Shown here: positions 38,672 to 52,755 of the stretch, one piece after another
How the letters are laid out: each line of letters opens with the position of its first letter
Position numbering within the stretch: the stretch's first letter is position 1
DNA from: Octopus vulgaris
Taxonomy: Eukaryota
Assembly (NCBI GenBank): GCA_951406725.2
Contig: OX597816.1
Span: 161,572,001 to 161,636,000 of the forward strand
Reading direction: 5' to 3'
Length of the DNA stretch: 64,000 nucleotides
Program-made: the position numbers and the translations under genes
The notes under the pieces: model-generated
Told to the model about the DNA's origin: nothing
Seen by the model: the letters and a program-made list of their open reading frames with translations, nothing else
Databases searched by the model: none

Positions 38672-38985
38672 ATATATATTTATATATATATATATGTATG
38701 TATGTATGTATATATATATATTTATATGTATGTATGTATGTATATATATATATTTATATGTATGTATGTATGTATATATATATATTTATATGTATATGTA
38801 TGTATATATATATTTATATGTATATGTATGTATGTATATATATATATGTATATGTATGTATGTATATATATATTTATATGTATATGTATGTATGTATATA
38901 TGTATATATGTGTGTGTATATATATATATATGTTTGTGTGTGTGTGTAAACACTACACACACACATACACACACACATATATATA
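38595..38985. repeat. Compound (TA)n/(TATG)n array
   Basis: Directly visible. Confidence 0.95.
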
Positions 38986-40739
38986 GTAAAAATGCGTAAT
39001 AGAAATGCTAAATGTGATAAATATCCATTTGGCAAGAAATTTCAACTTTTTTTTAATTGCTTCATTAGAATTTACGTCTCTAAATTTCTTACTTATTTAT
39101 GCACATATAGCAGCTTTTTGTTCTTCACATGAAATTAATTTCATTTTTCTGTTCAACATTTATGCACATTATTTTAAACAATTGTAATTATATATGGATC
39201 AATAAGTGAATTGTCTGTCGAGAGATTAGTTTTACACCAATATTATCTTTCTCTGTTGACCGACATCAAAAAGTGAAAATTTAAACGTCATCTTTTAAGT
39301 TTAAAACAATCACTTGAGGAGTCATTTAAGGGGAAATAATTGTCCCATAAAAAAACATCAATTGACACATTTTGATGGCTTTTAATGCTCTCTCTCTCCC
39401 TCCTTTCCTGTTTCACACACATGCATATATACACATATACACACCAGATTTTGTACATGTGTTTTTTGTAGCTGTGTGGTAAGAAGTTTGCTTCCCAACT
39501 TCATGGTTCCAGGTTCAGTCCCATTGTGTGGCACCTTGGGTATGTCTCTTCTATTATAGCTTTGGGCTGACCAAGGACTTGTGAGTCGATTTGGTAGATA
39601 GAAACTGAAAGAAGCTGTTGAAAGATACACACTCACACACATGTATGTATACTGCAGTTATTATGCAAATGTGCTTTAAGTCCAAAATATTGCTTTTTCA
39701 GGAAATGAAAAAAGTTTCACCATTCCATAGAATCGATTTGCTCGATTAAAGGCGATGCTCCAGCATGGCCACAGTCAAAAAGGACTGAAACAAGTAAAAG
39801 AGTAAAAAGAGAGTAAAGAGAGGTCAATTAAAGAAAAATTTATTATATTTATAGAGGGAAGTCAGTTAGGAGCTGCCAGAAGGATGCTTGAGGGCTACAA
39901 TCAGTCCTCGCATCTGCAGTTGAGAACCACTGATGTAGAGGCTTCTTTGTGGGTTTGTGATCGTTGTCCTTTAGTCACGGTTGCAGCAGTGTTGGTGGTG
40001 TTATGTCTGAATAAAAGTCAGGATGGTCTAAGCAACAATACCATTTACAACAATAAAGGAGCCTCATTTGGTGTAGCTTACTTAACCTGCTAAAAATAGC
40101 TGTCAGATCTCCCTCAAATAATGCACCTTATCGAGTTACAAAAAAGAAATGACAAATTTGATGTATTATGTCTGAAAACAGTAAGACAGGATGCTATTTT
40201 TGTAAGCTTCTGTAAAATCATTGATTTTTTTTTTTTTTGAAGTCTTTATGTCATGGTGATTTGAAATGTTTTAACCTTCATAGATTTCAATAATAATTTA
40301 TTACCAGTAGTTTCTATGGAAATTTCTTGTTTACTTTAAAGACTATAACATTCTTGAAAGTTTATACAAAACCATGGAATGCATAATTTCTTTTGAAATT
40401 ATATTTTTTTCTGAAGTGTTTTATATGCGAAATGGTGTAAAATCTGCAAAGTTTGCACTACTGAGTTGCAGTCTTAGACAAGAACATCTTTGAAAATTAT
40501 ATTCTCTCTTACCTTTTTTACTTTATCTTTATATCAAAAAATATGATCTAGAGAAAATACTGGTTCACTTTCCTTCGCCTTTCCTTTATTTGCTGTTATT
40601 AAAATTACTGAAAATGTGTTGAAAGAATCTTGTTTTAATCCTTTAGTGTTTGAACTAGCTAATATTTTCAAACTAGCGATATCAGGCTTCTCACACCTAA
40701 CTTGTAATGAGATTATATAAAAAAAAAAAGCAATCACGG

Positions 40740-41123
40740 AGAGGCTGTGTGGTAAATAGCTTGCTTACAAAGCACATGGTTCTGGGTTCAGTCCTACTGC
40801 GTGGCACCTTGGGCAAGTGTCTTCTACTATAGCCTTGAGCCAACCAAAGCCTTGTGAGTGGACTTGGTAGATGGAAACTGAAAGAAGCCTGTTGTATATA
40901 TGTATGTATGTGTGTGTGTATATGTTTGTGTGTCTGTGTTTGTCCCCCCAACATCGCTTGACAGCCGATGCTGGTGTGTTTACATCCCCGTAACTTAGCG
41001 GTTCTGCAAAAGAGACTGATAGAATATGTACTAGGCTTACAAAGAATAAGTCCTGGGGGTCGATTTGCTTGACTAAAGGTGGTGCTCCAGCATAGCCGCA
41101 GTCAAATGACTGAAACAAGTAAA
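40740..41123 (+). mobile_element. Family B SINE, full length
   Basis: Collinear with 28978-29384. Confidence 0.9.
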
Positions 41124-41189
41124 ATAGTACATCAACAAGTCTGAAGCCTACAAGATAATGCATGATTAATTCAAGACGATCATGATCTT

Positions 41190-41340
41190 CATCGTTTAAT
41201 GTCCATCTTCTAATCAGGCATGGGTTGGACGGTTTGACGGTAGCTGGCAAGACAGAGGACTGCACCGAGCTCCACTGCCTGGTTTAGCATGGTTTCTACA
41301 TTTGAATGCCTTTCCTAATGCCAATCACATTACAGAGTGA
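41190..41340 (-). mobile_element. Family C retroposon
   Basis: GGCATGGGTTGGACGGTTTGAC...CCTAATGCCAATCAC, reverse body. Confidence 0.7.
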
Positions 41341-41517
41341 ATAAACAAGCATTACATTTGACCAAGTAACTGATTACCCAAGGGTCAAACAACCTTAAAT
41401 CTGGAACAAAACTAACAACATAATCATTGAATAAAATGTTTGAAGTATGACTGCATTAGAAAAGTTTTAACAAACCCTAATATGCTGTGCTGTGTCTTTT
41501 TATTTTTTTTTTCATGT

Positions 41518-41672
41518 AATTACATCGACCCCAGTACGTAACTGGTACTTAATTTATCAACCCTGAAAGGATGAAAGGCAAAGTTGACCTCAGCGGAATT
41601 TGAACTCAGAACATAAAGACAGACGAAATACTGCTAAGCATTTTGCCCGACATGCTAACGTTTCTGCCAGCT
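41518..41672 (-). mobile_element. Family A SINE (truncated)
   Basis: Near-consensus reverse core and head. Confidence 0.85.
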
Positions 41673-42663
41673 AAATAATATGAATGCTTTGTGTAATATA
41701 GATTCTTTGAATTCGTTCTATACATAGATTGGTTTTAATTAAACATCAAAGGAAAAATCTTCATCTGTGACTTTCATCACACACGCTCATACATAGGCAA
41801 ACATTTGGTGACTTTTATCACACCCTTAGAATGGTTTCACTGGGAAGTCAGTCACTAGCAGACTGTTTGGCTGGGAAGAAAAATCTGCTGGGAAAATCCT
41901 CCTCATCATTAATATCATCATTATCATCATTCTTTATATCTGCTTTTCCATGTTAAAAAATGGGTTGGGTAAAATGCAGCTGGGAAATATCATAGAACTG
42001 TTATATATTATGTAACACACATGCATGTGTGTTTGTGTGCGTGTGACCAAGAGAAAAAGACAGAGAGAGAGAGAGAAAGAGTATGGAATAAAGGAAATAG
42101 TTGTGTCTCTTTTCTCTCTCCTCCAATTTTTCAACAAAATGATCAAAAAAGTGTTATGCACTTGCAAAATACTTCTGCACAAAATATTCATTTATTTTAA
42201 GCTTTATTAAATTACCAACTTAATTATAATTATAATTAATATTAGAGAAAGTTTTGTTTCTGCTATATTAAAAAAAAAAGCCCTAAAACAATATTTCTGT
42301 CTCTTGTGTTCTTATTTTTCATTTGAAAATATCTAGAAATCTACAAGAAAAATTTTAATGAAATTTTGTTATTTTAATCTGCTAATAAGTGTTATCTCAG
42401 CATTTACTGAATAAATCAGCTCATGAAGAAATTTATTCAAAAATTTCTTCTTATATTAACAGTATAGCTGCTAATACTATAGTGGTACTAAGAACTCCAG
42501 TATCAGCAATATTTGAGAACATATATACTTCTTTGTATGTTTGTTATCTTCTGTTTCTCAGCAGTTAGTGAAGTTCTGGAACACATCTACATTTAGGAAA
42601 GACATCACATACACATATACATATGCACCCCCAACACACACACACATATATGAAAAACACATC

Positions 42664-42666
<3 letters not shown>

Positions 42667-42741
<75 letters not shown>

Positions 42742-42750
42742 ATATATATA

Positions 42751-42801
<51 letters not shown>

Positions 42802-43253
42802 GTATATATATGTTATATATATATATATGTATATATATATGTATATATATGTGTATATATATATATATGTATATATATATGTATATATATGTGTATATAT
42901 ATATATATGTATATATATATGTATATATATGTGTATATATATATATGTATATATATATGTATATATATGTGTATATATATATATATGTATATATATGTGT
43001 ATATATATATATATGTATATATATGTGTATATATATATATATGTATATATATGTGTATATATATATATATGTATATATATGTGTATATATATATATGTAT
43101 ATATGTGCAAGTATATATATATGTATATATGTGCGTGTATATATATATATGTATATGTGTGTGTGTGTATATATATGTATGTGTGTGTATATATATATGT
43201 ATATATGTGTGTGTGTATATATATGTGTATATATAAATATATATGTATATATA

Positions 43254-43287
<34 letters not shown>

Positions 43288-43290
43288 CAC
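42667..43290. repeat. ~620-bp (TA)n/(TG) compound microsatellite
   Basis: Directly visible; source of five spurious long ORFs. Confidence 0.97.
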
Positions 43291-44279
43291 TTGGAAAAAG
43301 CATTACATCATTATCGTTGTTTTATCATCCACATTTCCATTATGTATGTATGTATATATGCATGCATGCATATATGTGTGCGTGTATGTATGTATTAATG
43401 AAAGTAGAAAATTAAATTAATAATGATACTAGCAGTGGCATCCGGACTGTTTTCTTAAAATTCACACTGTAAAAGTTGTTAGTATGTTTTCTAAGAAGTT
43501 GTTTACTTTGCTCCTTCAAGACTGATTCCACCTCCAAATAAAGAAAGTTCTGTTGACTCATATCGCAACAGAGCTGGAACTCATAGATAAAACCACTAAT
43601 ATGTGAAGATATTAAACTAAATATTTCTATGCTCGAAAAGAGATTTTATTTATTTACTTATTTCTTCATTTGCTTATTCTAAATTCTTGTTGAGCCCTTC
43701 ATTTATCTTTTAAGCCTTTTGGCACCAGTGTATATAATTCGGCATATCTATATATGTTGCAGTTATCACCTTCAGTACTGTAATTTAAGATGTCAGGGAA
43801 TAAATGAGGTGAAAAAGAAGATAGAGACAGAGAGATAGAGCTTGTTGTTAACCTGAAATTTCAACTGATTTGGGTTAATATTTTAGGAAGCAACTGCTAA
43901 GTAACTAATCCTTCCTGAACCACAGGAATATGTAGTACTATTTGGTGCACAACTGTGGTTTTGTAGCATTAAGTGAATAAGAATTAACATTTCCCTAGAT
44001 GGAATGCTGATCTGATATAGAGAGCATTTTTTTTGTGGGTGCCAACTGAAGTTATATTCTGCAACACTTATTTATTACTAGATGAAATGGAGCAGCAGTG
44101 AGTTAAGTATGTTGGAAATACCCCAGTCCTGGGAAAAGTGTACAAATTTACAGCCCGTCAGCTGGTTATCCAATATTACATTAATTCTGCTATTTGCAGA
44201 AATGATTCCATATGGTACAGAATTAACCATGAAGTCATGAAGCAAGCAATAACATAAGAAATGTATTAACTTGTTTTAA

Positions 44280-44672
44280 CCCTTCAGCATTTAAACCATC
44301 CATATCCAGCCCAAATATTCTTCCTGTTTTATATTAAAACCTGCCAGATCTGACCTCTCACACCTACCCTACAATGCCATTCTAAAACTAAACAATCACA
44401 TCAAAATCTTGAAGCTGCAAGATAAAGCATGATTGTGCTCGTTCCACATAAAAAGCACTGGTGATGGTGCCACATAAGAAGCATCCAGTACACCCTGTAA
44501 AGTGGTTAGTGTTTGGAAGGGCATCCAGCTGTAAAAACCAAGCGAAAACAGTCCATGGCACCTGGTGTGGCCCCTTGCCTCGCCAGCTCAGAAAATGGAC
44601 GTTAACTGATGATGATGTTGAATGTGAAAAAATAAGCGTTACCTTTTGCAGAGTAATCTGAATGCTAAAGGG
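44280..44672. mobile_element. piggyBac-like MITE (second family) with nested family C insertion (~44435-44618)
   Basis: TTAA-CCCTTCAGCATT ... AATGCTAAAGGG-TTAA. Confidence 0.75.
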
Positions 44673-45055
44673 TTAAGAGAAGTGATGTACTCTTCCCTTG
44701 TAAAGGAGAAACTCTAATGCTGTCTTCTTTATTCATTTTCATTTTGTACAAAGTATCTACAGCTAACTGTCACTCATGGTGTACCAAACTTTTGCTAATT
44801 GTTTTAGATGCCTATACAGGCATGAGCAGATGTGGACATTCTCTCAACCCTCTCATCCTTGACCAAGTGGTGCCACACCTATGATGTGACCAGTGGAGAG
44901 AGAGCAGGGAGAGAGAGAGGTACATCAGCAACTAGTTGTGTAAACTGGAGCAGCATGTGTCCTTTGTGTGCTCAAGGACACAATATACTGCTTTGACCAG
45001 GAGTTGAACCCTTGTCTTTACAATTGTGTGTCAAACATTCTAGGATGAATTTTAA

Positions 45056-45276
45056 CCCTTTTGTTACTGTATTTATTTTGAGATGCTCTGTGTTTCTTTC
45101 AATTACTTTAAATATAACAAAGAATTTAGAAAAATAACTTAGTTATCATTAAGCTAGTGTTAGGAACATAAATTGTGACTAAGGTTTTGGTGGAAGATCT
45201 TAATTTAAAACTTATGAAAACAAGACATTTGTACTCAGAGCCAGAGCCGGTTTCAGCCGGGTTGGTAACGAAAGTG
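45056..45276. mobile_element. piggyBac-like MITE
   Basis: TTAA-CCCTTTTGTTAC ... GGTAACGAAAGTG-TTAA. Confidence 0.85.
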
Positions 45277-45762
45277 TTAACTTCAAAAATTTTAAACCAG
45301 ATTATCTCTGCTTTGGTGAATTGAACCTTAGTCTCTTACATAGCATGAGAAGAATAGTTACCACAGCTTTCACTTGTATCAAGTGCGAAATTGTTGATAC
45401 ATTAAATGTTCACATCATTACAGAATGAGTAGATGTTTGTCTCTGAAGGATTTCTTCATGAAACCTGACTAGATGAGAGAATATATATATATATTAGCTT
45501 TAACTAGAACATAATAATATATGTCTGAAAGAGGATCTGACAATAAAATCAGCGGTTATAATTCATCCTTCAGTTCTTGTTGTAAGATCTTACATTACTC
45601 TGCTGTTTGATCAACCATTTCCCATGATATTTATTAAAGCTAAAATTGGAGGAATGATAACTGAGATCTACAAATATAGCGTAATTAAGAAATCTAATGA
45701 CTAACTTTCCATTTTTTCACTGCAGTAAATAACAGACTCGTTAGAATATATTAATGCTTTAA

Positions 45763-45955
45763 CCCTTTTGCTAATACATTTCAGTTAATTAATTTTTTTT
45801 AATAATGAAGAATTTAGTAAAATAATTATGTCCTAATTAATCTGGCGTTTAGAACATAAATTAACATAGTGGATGGTTTTAATTAAGTTCACTTTAAAAC
45901 AGGAAGCTTGTTTCATACAGGCAGGGTGGTCTCAGGTGGGTTGGTATGAAAAGGG
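45763..45955. mobile_element. piggyBac-like MITE
   Basis: TTAA-CCCTTTTG ... GGTATGAAAAGGG-TTAA. Confidence 0.75.
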
Positions 45956-47104
45956 TTAATAATATGAAGTAACTAGTTTTAATCATGAAAAACTTTAAAT
46001 TAAGTTTGAAATAGTCACCACCATAAAGCAGCAACATACTTGTCAAGGAATTGGTTCAGTACTAAATCATTGATCATTTTCTTGATATTGATTCTCATTA
46101 TAGTTAATTGAAGCCAGACCAGCTCAGAGACTTTATGAAAGAGGGAGCAGGATGTCAGCTGGAAAACACACTCATTATATTTTAAGAGAGAAACTATCAC
46201 CTCGGCTACTCCATGCTTTCCTAGTTATCTTTCTTTGCTTTGTTCCATTATTTAGTCAGTCTTGTGAAATCATTGAGGTTGCGGTTCAGCTTGAAGATTA
46301 GCAGGATGATGTCTGTAGGGAAATCATGGGTTGGAAGGAAAGAATTTCAGAAGTCTGCTGTTTTTGTAGGAGGAATCATTATTTAGTATTGTGTATGGCG
46401 TGTGAGGCACAATAAAGATGGTGATAAGAAGTGAGTTAGATGGAGCTGGGTGGAGATGATACACATCTTGCTAGTTTAGGCTGTTGTTGTAGTGGTTAAA
46501 AAGACAGACAAATAACAATGTGGTGTGTTGCAGACATTTATTTTAAGTAATCTACAATTTTGTATATGTAACAAAAGCACTGTCCCAGATATCTAAGTCG
46601 GAAGTATGGTAATTGTAACATTCTGAGATGCACTGCAGGTTTTATAGACAGAGAGTTATCTCCCTTGTTGGACATTGTTAACAGATCATGGTAAGAACTG
46701 AGAGACGATATAAATGGTGGTTTCCTGGAATGTGTGGGAAGGAATCTTTGCCATGAGATTCCTTTTGCTATGGCAGAAGTCAGACACTGATATGCAATGT
46801 TCATTGTTGTATCTTTTCTATGGATGAAATTTCCCAGACAGCAGTCTAGTCGGTCATTACTCATTGACATGCATCCACTCCTTCCAGCTCAGAAGAAGTT
46901 TCAGTAATAACGATTGTACTTGAGTTTTATAGAGAATCAGTGCTTTCATTACCCCTTTTGTTATCCTATTTTTGTTGAAATACACTGTCTCTGTTTCAGT
47001 TAAGTTTGAAAGTAATGAAAACTTGAGTAGAATAACTGTTGTCATTTAGCAGATGTTTAGAATATGAATTAACATGAAATCTTGAAAGGAGATTATAATT
47101 TAAA

Positions 47105-47571
47105 CTAGCTGGCCCTGTGCTGTCAAAAATGATGGCTAATTGTAGTATTTTATATATAAATATGGATGGTAAATCAAATTAGTAGAGATTGTCTTGTGAG
47201 ATGTGATATTGATCATCATTTGTTACTGAAACAACTCTGGTTCACACAAATATTCACATATTTCCCTTGTACATGCACACACATACACACATATACTCAC
47301 ACAAAGTTGAAACGCTGTTTGATTTTTCTTATCAGCATTGAATGTTCACCATCCCACTTCTCATTGCACACACACACACAAACATTCACATACTTCCCTT
47401 TTACATACACACACGCACTCACACATATACTTACAAACAGAGTTGAAACACTGTTTGATCTTTTTTTCACCGTAGAATTTCCATCATCCCACTATCAAGT
47501 TTGTTATTACCCCTTCCTTTGTCATTCATATGTTGTGACAGAGAAAAACACAAGAGTATTATTATAGTCGA
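47105..47571 (-). mobile_element. Putative non-autonomous Helitron
   Basis: Minus strand begins TC..CTATAATAATAC and ends CTAG before a T, with subterminal hairpin GCTGTCA-AAAA-TGATGGC; internal ~120-bp direct duplication. Confidence 0.45.
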
Positions 47572-48149
47572 CTACTTCAAAAGGCGATATTTGCATCGTA
47601 GAACTAAGTGCAGTTTTAGGTTCATTGGCATCAAAAAGGTTTAGAGCGAAATATTTCCTGTCCCCAAAGACAAAATTTAATCTTTGGGATGCAGTTTTGA
47701 TAATGTTATATATGTGAGGTTACTATAAATGTTAGCCTCATTGTCTATTATGATCTCTCATAGTGATCTTATCAAAAACTGCATAAAAAAGCTAAATCTC
47801 CTTGTGTGTCTGCGGAGTGCTCAACCACTTGTATGTTAATGTTATGAGCTGGCTGTTCTGTTGATCGGATCAGTTAGAACCTCCATTGTTGTCCAACCGA
47901 GTGCCAGTTTGGTTTTTATAAAATTCTGGTTATGGTAATACTATCTTTTGCTTGGAAATAGGTGAGGGTTGATGACAGGAAAGGCACCTGGTTGCAAAAT
48001 ATCTGCTTCAACAAGTTCTGTGTCACCCATTCGAGTATGGAGATGTGGACATTAAAACAATGATGATGATGATGGTGGTGTTTTATATGTTTTGTTTGTT
48101 TTGTTTTTCCAGTTTCAGCTCTTGAGCTGTGGCCATGCTGGGGCACCGC

Positions 48150-48314
48150 CATTGTGGTGAAAGAGTACAGCAGGGATCACCACCCCCTGCCGGAGCCTCG
48201 TAGAGCTTTTAGGTGTTTTCGCTCAATAAACACACACAACGCCCGGTCTGAGAATCGAAACCGCGATCCTGAGACCGCGAGTCCGCTGCCCTAACCACTA
48301 GGCCATTGCGCCTC
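48150..48314 (-). mobile_element. tRNA-Arg-derived SINE (possibly octopus OR type), young
   Basis: Minus strand GGCGCAATGGCCTAGTGGTTAGGGCAGCGGACTCGCGG..GGTTTCGATTC: A/B boxes, TCG anticodon-like loop, CpG rich, non-tRNA 3' body. Confidence 0.75.
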
Positions 48315-49013
48315 TACTAAAAATAACTAACATTGGTGCTCTAGTATGGCTGCAGTTCTTGAGATGAAGCTAGTTAAAGAGTTAAAGAGTTACCACTTAA
48401 GTAAGACATTCCTGGAAAAAAAAACCCTGTATTATGATGAGCTAGGAAGATAGAGAGTGAGAGAGATAGAAAGAGAGTGAGAGAAATAGAAAGAGAGAGA
48501 GAAAGATAGAAGAGAGAGAGAGAGAGAGAGAGAGTTACACAAACACACACATACAGAAAGACAGAGAGGGAAGGAGGGTGGGAAAGATTCCTAAATCCAC
48601 AGAGTTTCTTTTTACTGCAAGATTCTCTGTAAGAAAATGGAAAGAATCTGTTTGCAGTGTAGCATCAAAGAGTTCTTAGGCATAACACTACTGTATTTTG
48701 TAGGTACTCTAACAGATTAGAATTTTCTCAGGAGAGGGATAGACATTAAAGAAGAAAAAATACCATCATCCCATGAAGCAATACAAACAGAATGACCTTG
48801 CTAACAGGACAACCTTGGAAAGTTCTTATCAGATGAAAAAAATAAGAAAGTCAGATATTTATGGTACACAATGAGAATCCTATGACATGCTTTGATGAAA
48901 TTTCTATTTCAGTGAAGGGATATCAGCTAAGGAAAAAAATCATAGAAATAGTTGACATGGGAAGTCATTTCAGAGAGTGAGATTACTAGCTATTGTTATT
49001 GAAATAAGTTCAA

Positions 49014-49235
49014 CCCATTTGTTACTGTATTTATTTTGAGATGCTCTGTGTTTCTTTCAATTAATTTTAAATGTAACAAAGAATTTAGTAAAATAACTTA
49101 GTTATCATTAAGCTAGTGTTGGGAACATAAATTGTGACTAAGGTTTGGTGGAAGATTTTAATTCAAAACTTATGGAAACAAAACATTTGTACTACAGAGC
49201 CAGAGGCAGTTTCAGCCGAGTTAGTATTGAAAGGG
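49014..49235. mobile_element. piggyBac-like MITE
   Basis: CCCATTTGTTAC ... GAAAGGG-TTAA; body matches 45056-45276. Confidence 0.85.
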
Positions 49236-50811
49236 TTAACCAGAGTTAACCTTTTGATAGTGGTCTGTCTGAAACTGCCTCTCACTCAAAGATACAAAAC
49301 CTTTTGTTTTAAAGAACTTTCTATCTATATTAAAAGCTTCCACTATAACAAAAGACTCATGCTCTCAACTACTGCCCTCATATAACAATCTATCTGTACC
49401 TCATCATACTTTGCCTCCTGTCATCATCTCACTCTCTTCCAATCTCCTTTCAGTCATGGAAACTCATTTGTCTTTCTTGCAAGTTACAAGGTGACCTCAT
49501 GAGTGCTGGTGCCATAGGAAAAGTATTTGCCAGACTTTGTAAAGTGGTTGGCATTAGGATAGGCATACAGTTGTGGAAACTTTGCCAAAACTGAGATACT
49601 GAAGTCCTGCACCTTGTCAGACCTTGTTGAGTGTCCAATCTATGCCAGCATGTTAACTGGATAAATGGTGGTGGCAGCAGCAGCAGCTGTCGTGCCAATT
49701 CCAGTTGAAGTACGAGGCTATTAGTTCTTTTACTAAACACTTTAAAAATCTTGTTTATTTTTTCCAGTTAACTGAAATATGGTCATAGAAGGATTGAATA
49801 TCCCCTATAATGACAAGTTACCAACTCTTACTGGATTGTGACATTGTAAAGGGGAAAATTGAAACCTTACATCAGAAATGAAAATTCTTGAATTCTAACC
49901 TAGATCATTGACAATTAGAAAATATACCATTGTAACTATATTACTACTTCATAATATAATGTTAATAGATTTAAATAATCAAATTATACTAAAATATTTT
50001 CTAATATTATCACTTTTAGATTTCTCTCATGGACAGATGTGAGAAAGATATGAACATTGAAACTTTGGAATAGGTCATTAGGGAGACGTTGAGAGAGGAA
50101 CATGTTCTAAACCAATTCTTAACTTCTTTATTTTAAATAGCATAAATTACATTGCCATTTATACTTATATTGCAACCAGAAATAATGAGCTAACCTCTGT
50201 TCAGTTTGTTAAAAAAAGTAGCAGCTGACTATTCTGCAAACCACATTCTCTTGACTATGATAAAGAAAGATGTATTGTCCATTGGACAAAGCATAATTTT
50301 TAATATTTCAAAAACTGACATGGTCGTGTCTGGAACATTTTGCTTCTCCTGAGCTGACCTGGGGCTAAGCAACATCAACAGCAACAACATAAATATGACA
50401 ATGTAGAAAAGTTATTGGACAGAGCTTATGAACTTATGCAGTGTGTTATGTTTGTTGAATTCTAATTTCCAGTTAATAGTTGCTTAAACTTCGTAAAATC
50501 ATTGATTCTGGTTAAGTAACTATTATCGGTCTCACTGAAGCAGGAAAAATACAGGTTAGAGCTTTCATATGACCTCTATTATGTAACAACCACATCTCTC
50601 GATTAGCTTACAACTAACTAATTGTTGGAAACCACATGTGACATTACTTAAAGCCTAGGGCAATAGTGTCTCCCCTACCCAACAAAAATGTTAGAGTTAC
50701 TGGTGAAACAGTTGATCAAATATTGAAGTTCACCCTAGTAAATAATATGGAAACTACACTTATGACCTCTCCTTAAAATCTCTCTGTAATACTTCAACTT
50801 TTAGAAATGTG

Positions 50812-50854
50812 GTGTATATTAAACCTGATGCTTGATATCAGGTTTAATATACAC
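50812..50854. repeat. Perfect 18-bp inverted repeat with 7-nt loop
   Basis: GTGTATATTAAACCTGAT-gcttgat-ATCAGGTTTAATATACAC. Confidence 0.9.
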
Positions 50855-52302
50855 TAACTTTGTAAAAGAAACAATATTCTTAGCGACAAATAGTCACCAT
50901 AACCAAAGCAAAATGAAAGTAAATGCAGTTATGATCTTAGTTAATAAGAGGAGTCTCACCAGCACTGTATGGGTTACAAATGAATAAATATATGGAGTTA
51001 TGCTTGTATTGTTAGGCAGTTCACTTCCCAACATATATAGTTTCAGGTTCAGTCCCACTGTGGCACCATGGGCAAGTGTTTTTTATAGTCCCAGATGAGC
51101 CAAAGCCTTGTGATTTTAATAGATGGAAACATTAAAAAAGCCAGTTGTACATGTGTATGTGTATCTGCATATGTTTGTATGTGAGTGAGTTCTTGTATTT
51201 CCTCTTGTCCTTGTGTGTGATTGCTGATTGTAAACAATGGCCTTGCAAGCAAACAGAGTTGTTTGCTTGCAATCCATCACAAAAGTTTGTCTTGGTTTCT
51301 TGACATGTCTTGACATGTTGCCTGGTGTTTGTAAACAAAAGACTTATTATTCTACTGGTGCTGTGTGTTTCTAGTATTCTACATAACGATGTCCAGGCTG
51401 ATTGTTGTTCCATATTGACTGGAATAGTTTAACTTCACTTGGGAAATACGCAGTAGTTGGTGTCACAAAGGTCGTCCAGCCATAGAAAATTCTGTCCCAA
51501 CTAACCTTCATTTGACTCATGCAAGCATGGAAAAATAAATTTTAAAGCAATAGTGATGCTGTTGCTGATGATGATGATGAAAATGATGGTGGTGATGATG
51601 ATGATGATGAAGAAAAAGAAGCATTTCCTTAAGTATTTAGTTTCATTATAAAATTTATCCCCTTGGGTGCATTTCCAGCAGTTTAAGATGAAGATCTAAT
51701 TGATTTTGTTATTACTTAATGATTCACCAACTAGGATCAGCTTACCTTTCCTTCCCAGGGTGACAATAATGGTGGAGTGCTACTGCTTAACGAGTAAACA
51801 AGTGTTGGCCTTGGCTCTCATAATAAATAAGGGTTGAAAGGTTGACAGCAGTTACTGGTTATTTGTTAAGATTTTATCCTTAAGAATAATCCAGTGTTTA
51901 TTTGTAATTTACCCATAAAAAAATAAATAAATAAATGAATAAATAAATGAAATCAGATTAATTGAGAAATTTTAATTATCCTGGAACCTATAATATTTGA
52001 TTTAGATCAATGACCAGCAAGCTTCTTAATATCATTGACCCTTCATGGAATTGTGAATAACTTACTGAACCCCATCATGCAAATTTCCAAAATTGAATTA
52101 AAAAGTATAATTAATTACAAATTTTTTGATTTAAAAACAATAATTTCATCATTTTAATAAGAAATATTTAAAGAAATTTTATAAAAATGCTTAATAAAAT
52201 TGATAAAGAACAATAAAATTCAGTTGTATTGTTATTGATTTAGTCAGAATATTAAATGTGAAATATGTGTTTTGTGAGTACAAGTCATTGCATTGATATA
52301 TA

Positions 52303-52755
52303 TTTCTTGGTTGCCCACAGGGGACTAAACATAGAGGGGACAAACAAGGACAGGCAAAGGGATTAAGTTGATTACATTGACTCCAGTGTGTGCTTAGCAG
52401 CATTTTGTTTGCTGTTGCGTCCTGAGTTCAAATTCTGCCAAGGTTGACATTGCTTTTCATCCTTTCAGGGTCGATTAAATAAGTACCAGTTACACACTGG
52501 AGTCGATGTAATCGACTTAATCGACTTGTCATGCTAACGATTCTTTTCTAATCTAGGCACAAGGTGCAACATTTTTGGGGAGAGGAGGGCCAGGCAATTA
52601 GATTGACCCCAGTACACAACTGGTACTTAATTTATCAACCCCAAAAGGATGAAAGGCAAAGTCGACCTTGGCGGAATTTGAACTCAGAACATAAAGACAG
52701 ATGAAATACCGCTAAGCATTTCGCCCAGCATGCTAACGATTCTGCTAGCTCGCCA
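52303..52755. mobile_element. Cluster of family A SINE pieces in alternating orientation
   Basis: Minus piece 52303-52390, plus piece 52392-52520, minus full copy 52543-52755. Confidence 0.8.

Noticed and set aside
42541-43420. Longest ORFs in the window (171-265 aa, YI-rich)
   Set aside because: Translations of a (TA)n/(TG)n microsatellite; the same applies to ORFs at 12.4, 16.0, 38.5 and 54.8 kb.
46015-46900. Possible LINE reverse transcriptase relics
   Set aside because: GC-richer and coding-like but no recognisable RT motif; left unannotated.
48150-48314. tRNA-Arg gene
   Set aside because: A/B boxes are present but no clean cloverleaf or acceptor stem, and it continues into a SINE body; the same holds for tRNA-like heads at 28978 and 62478.
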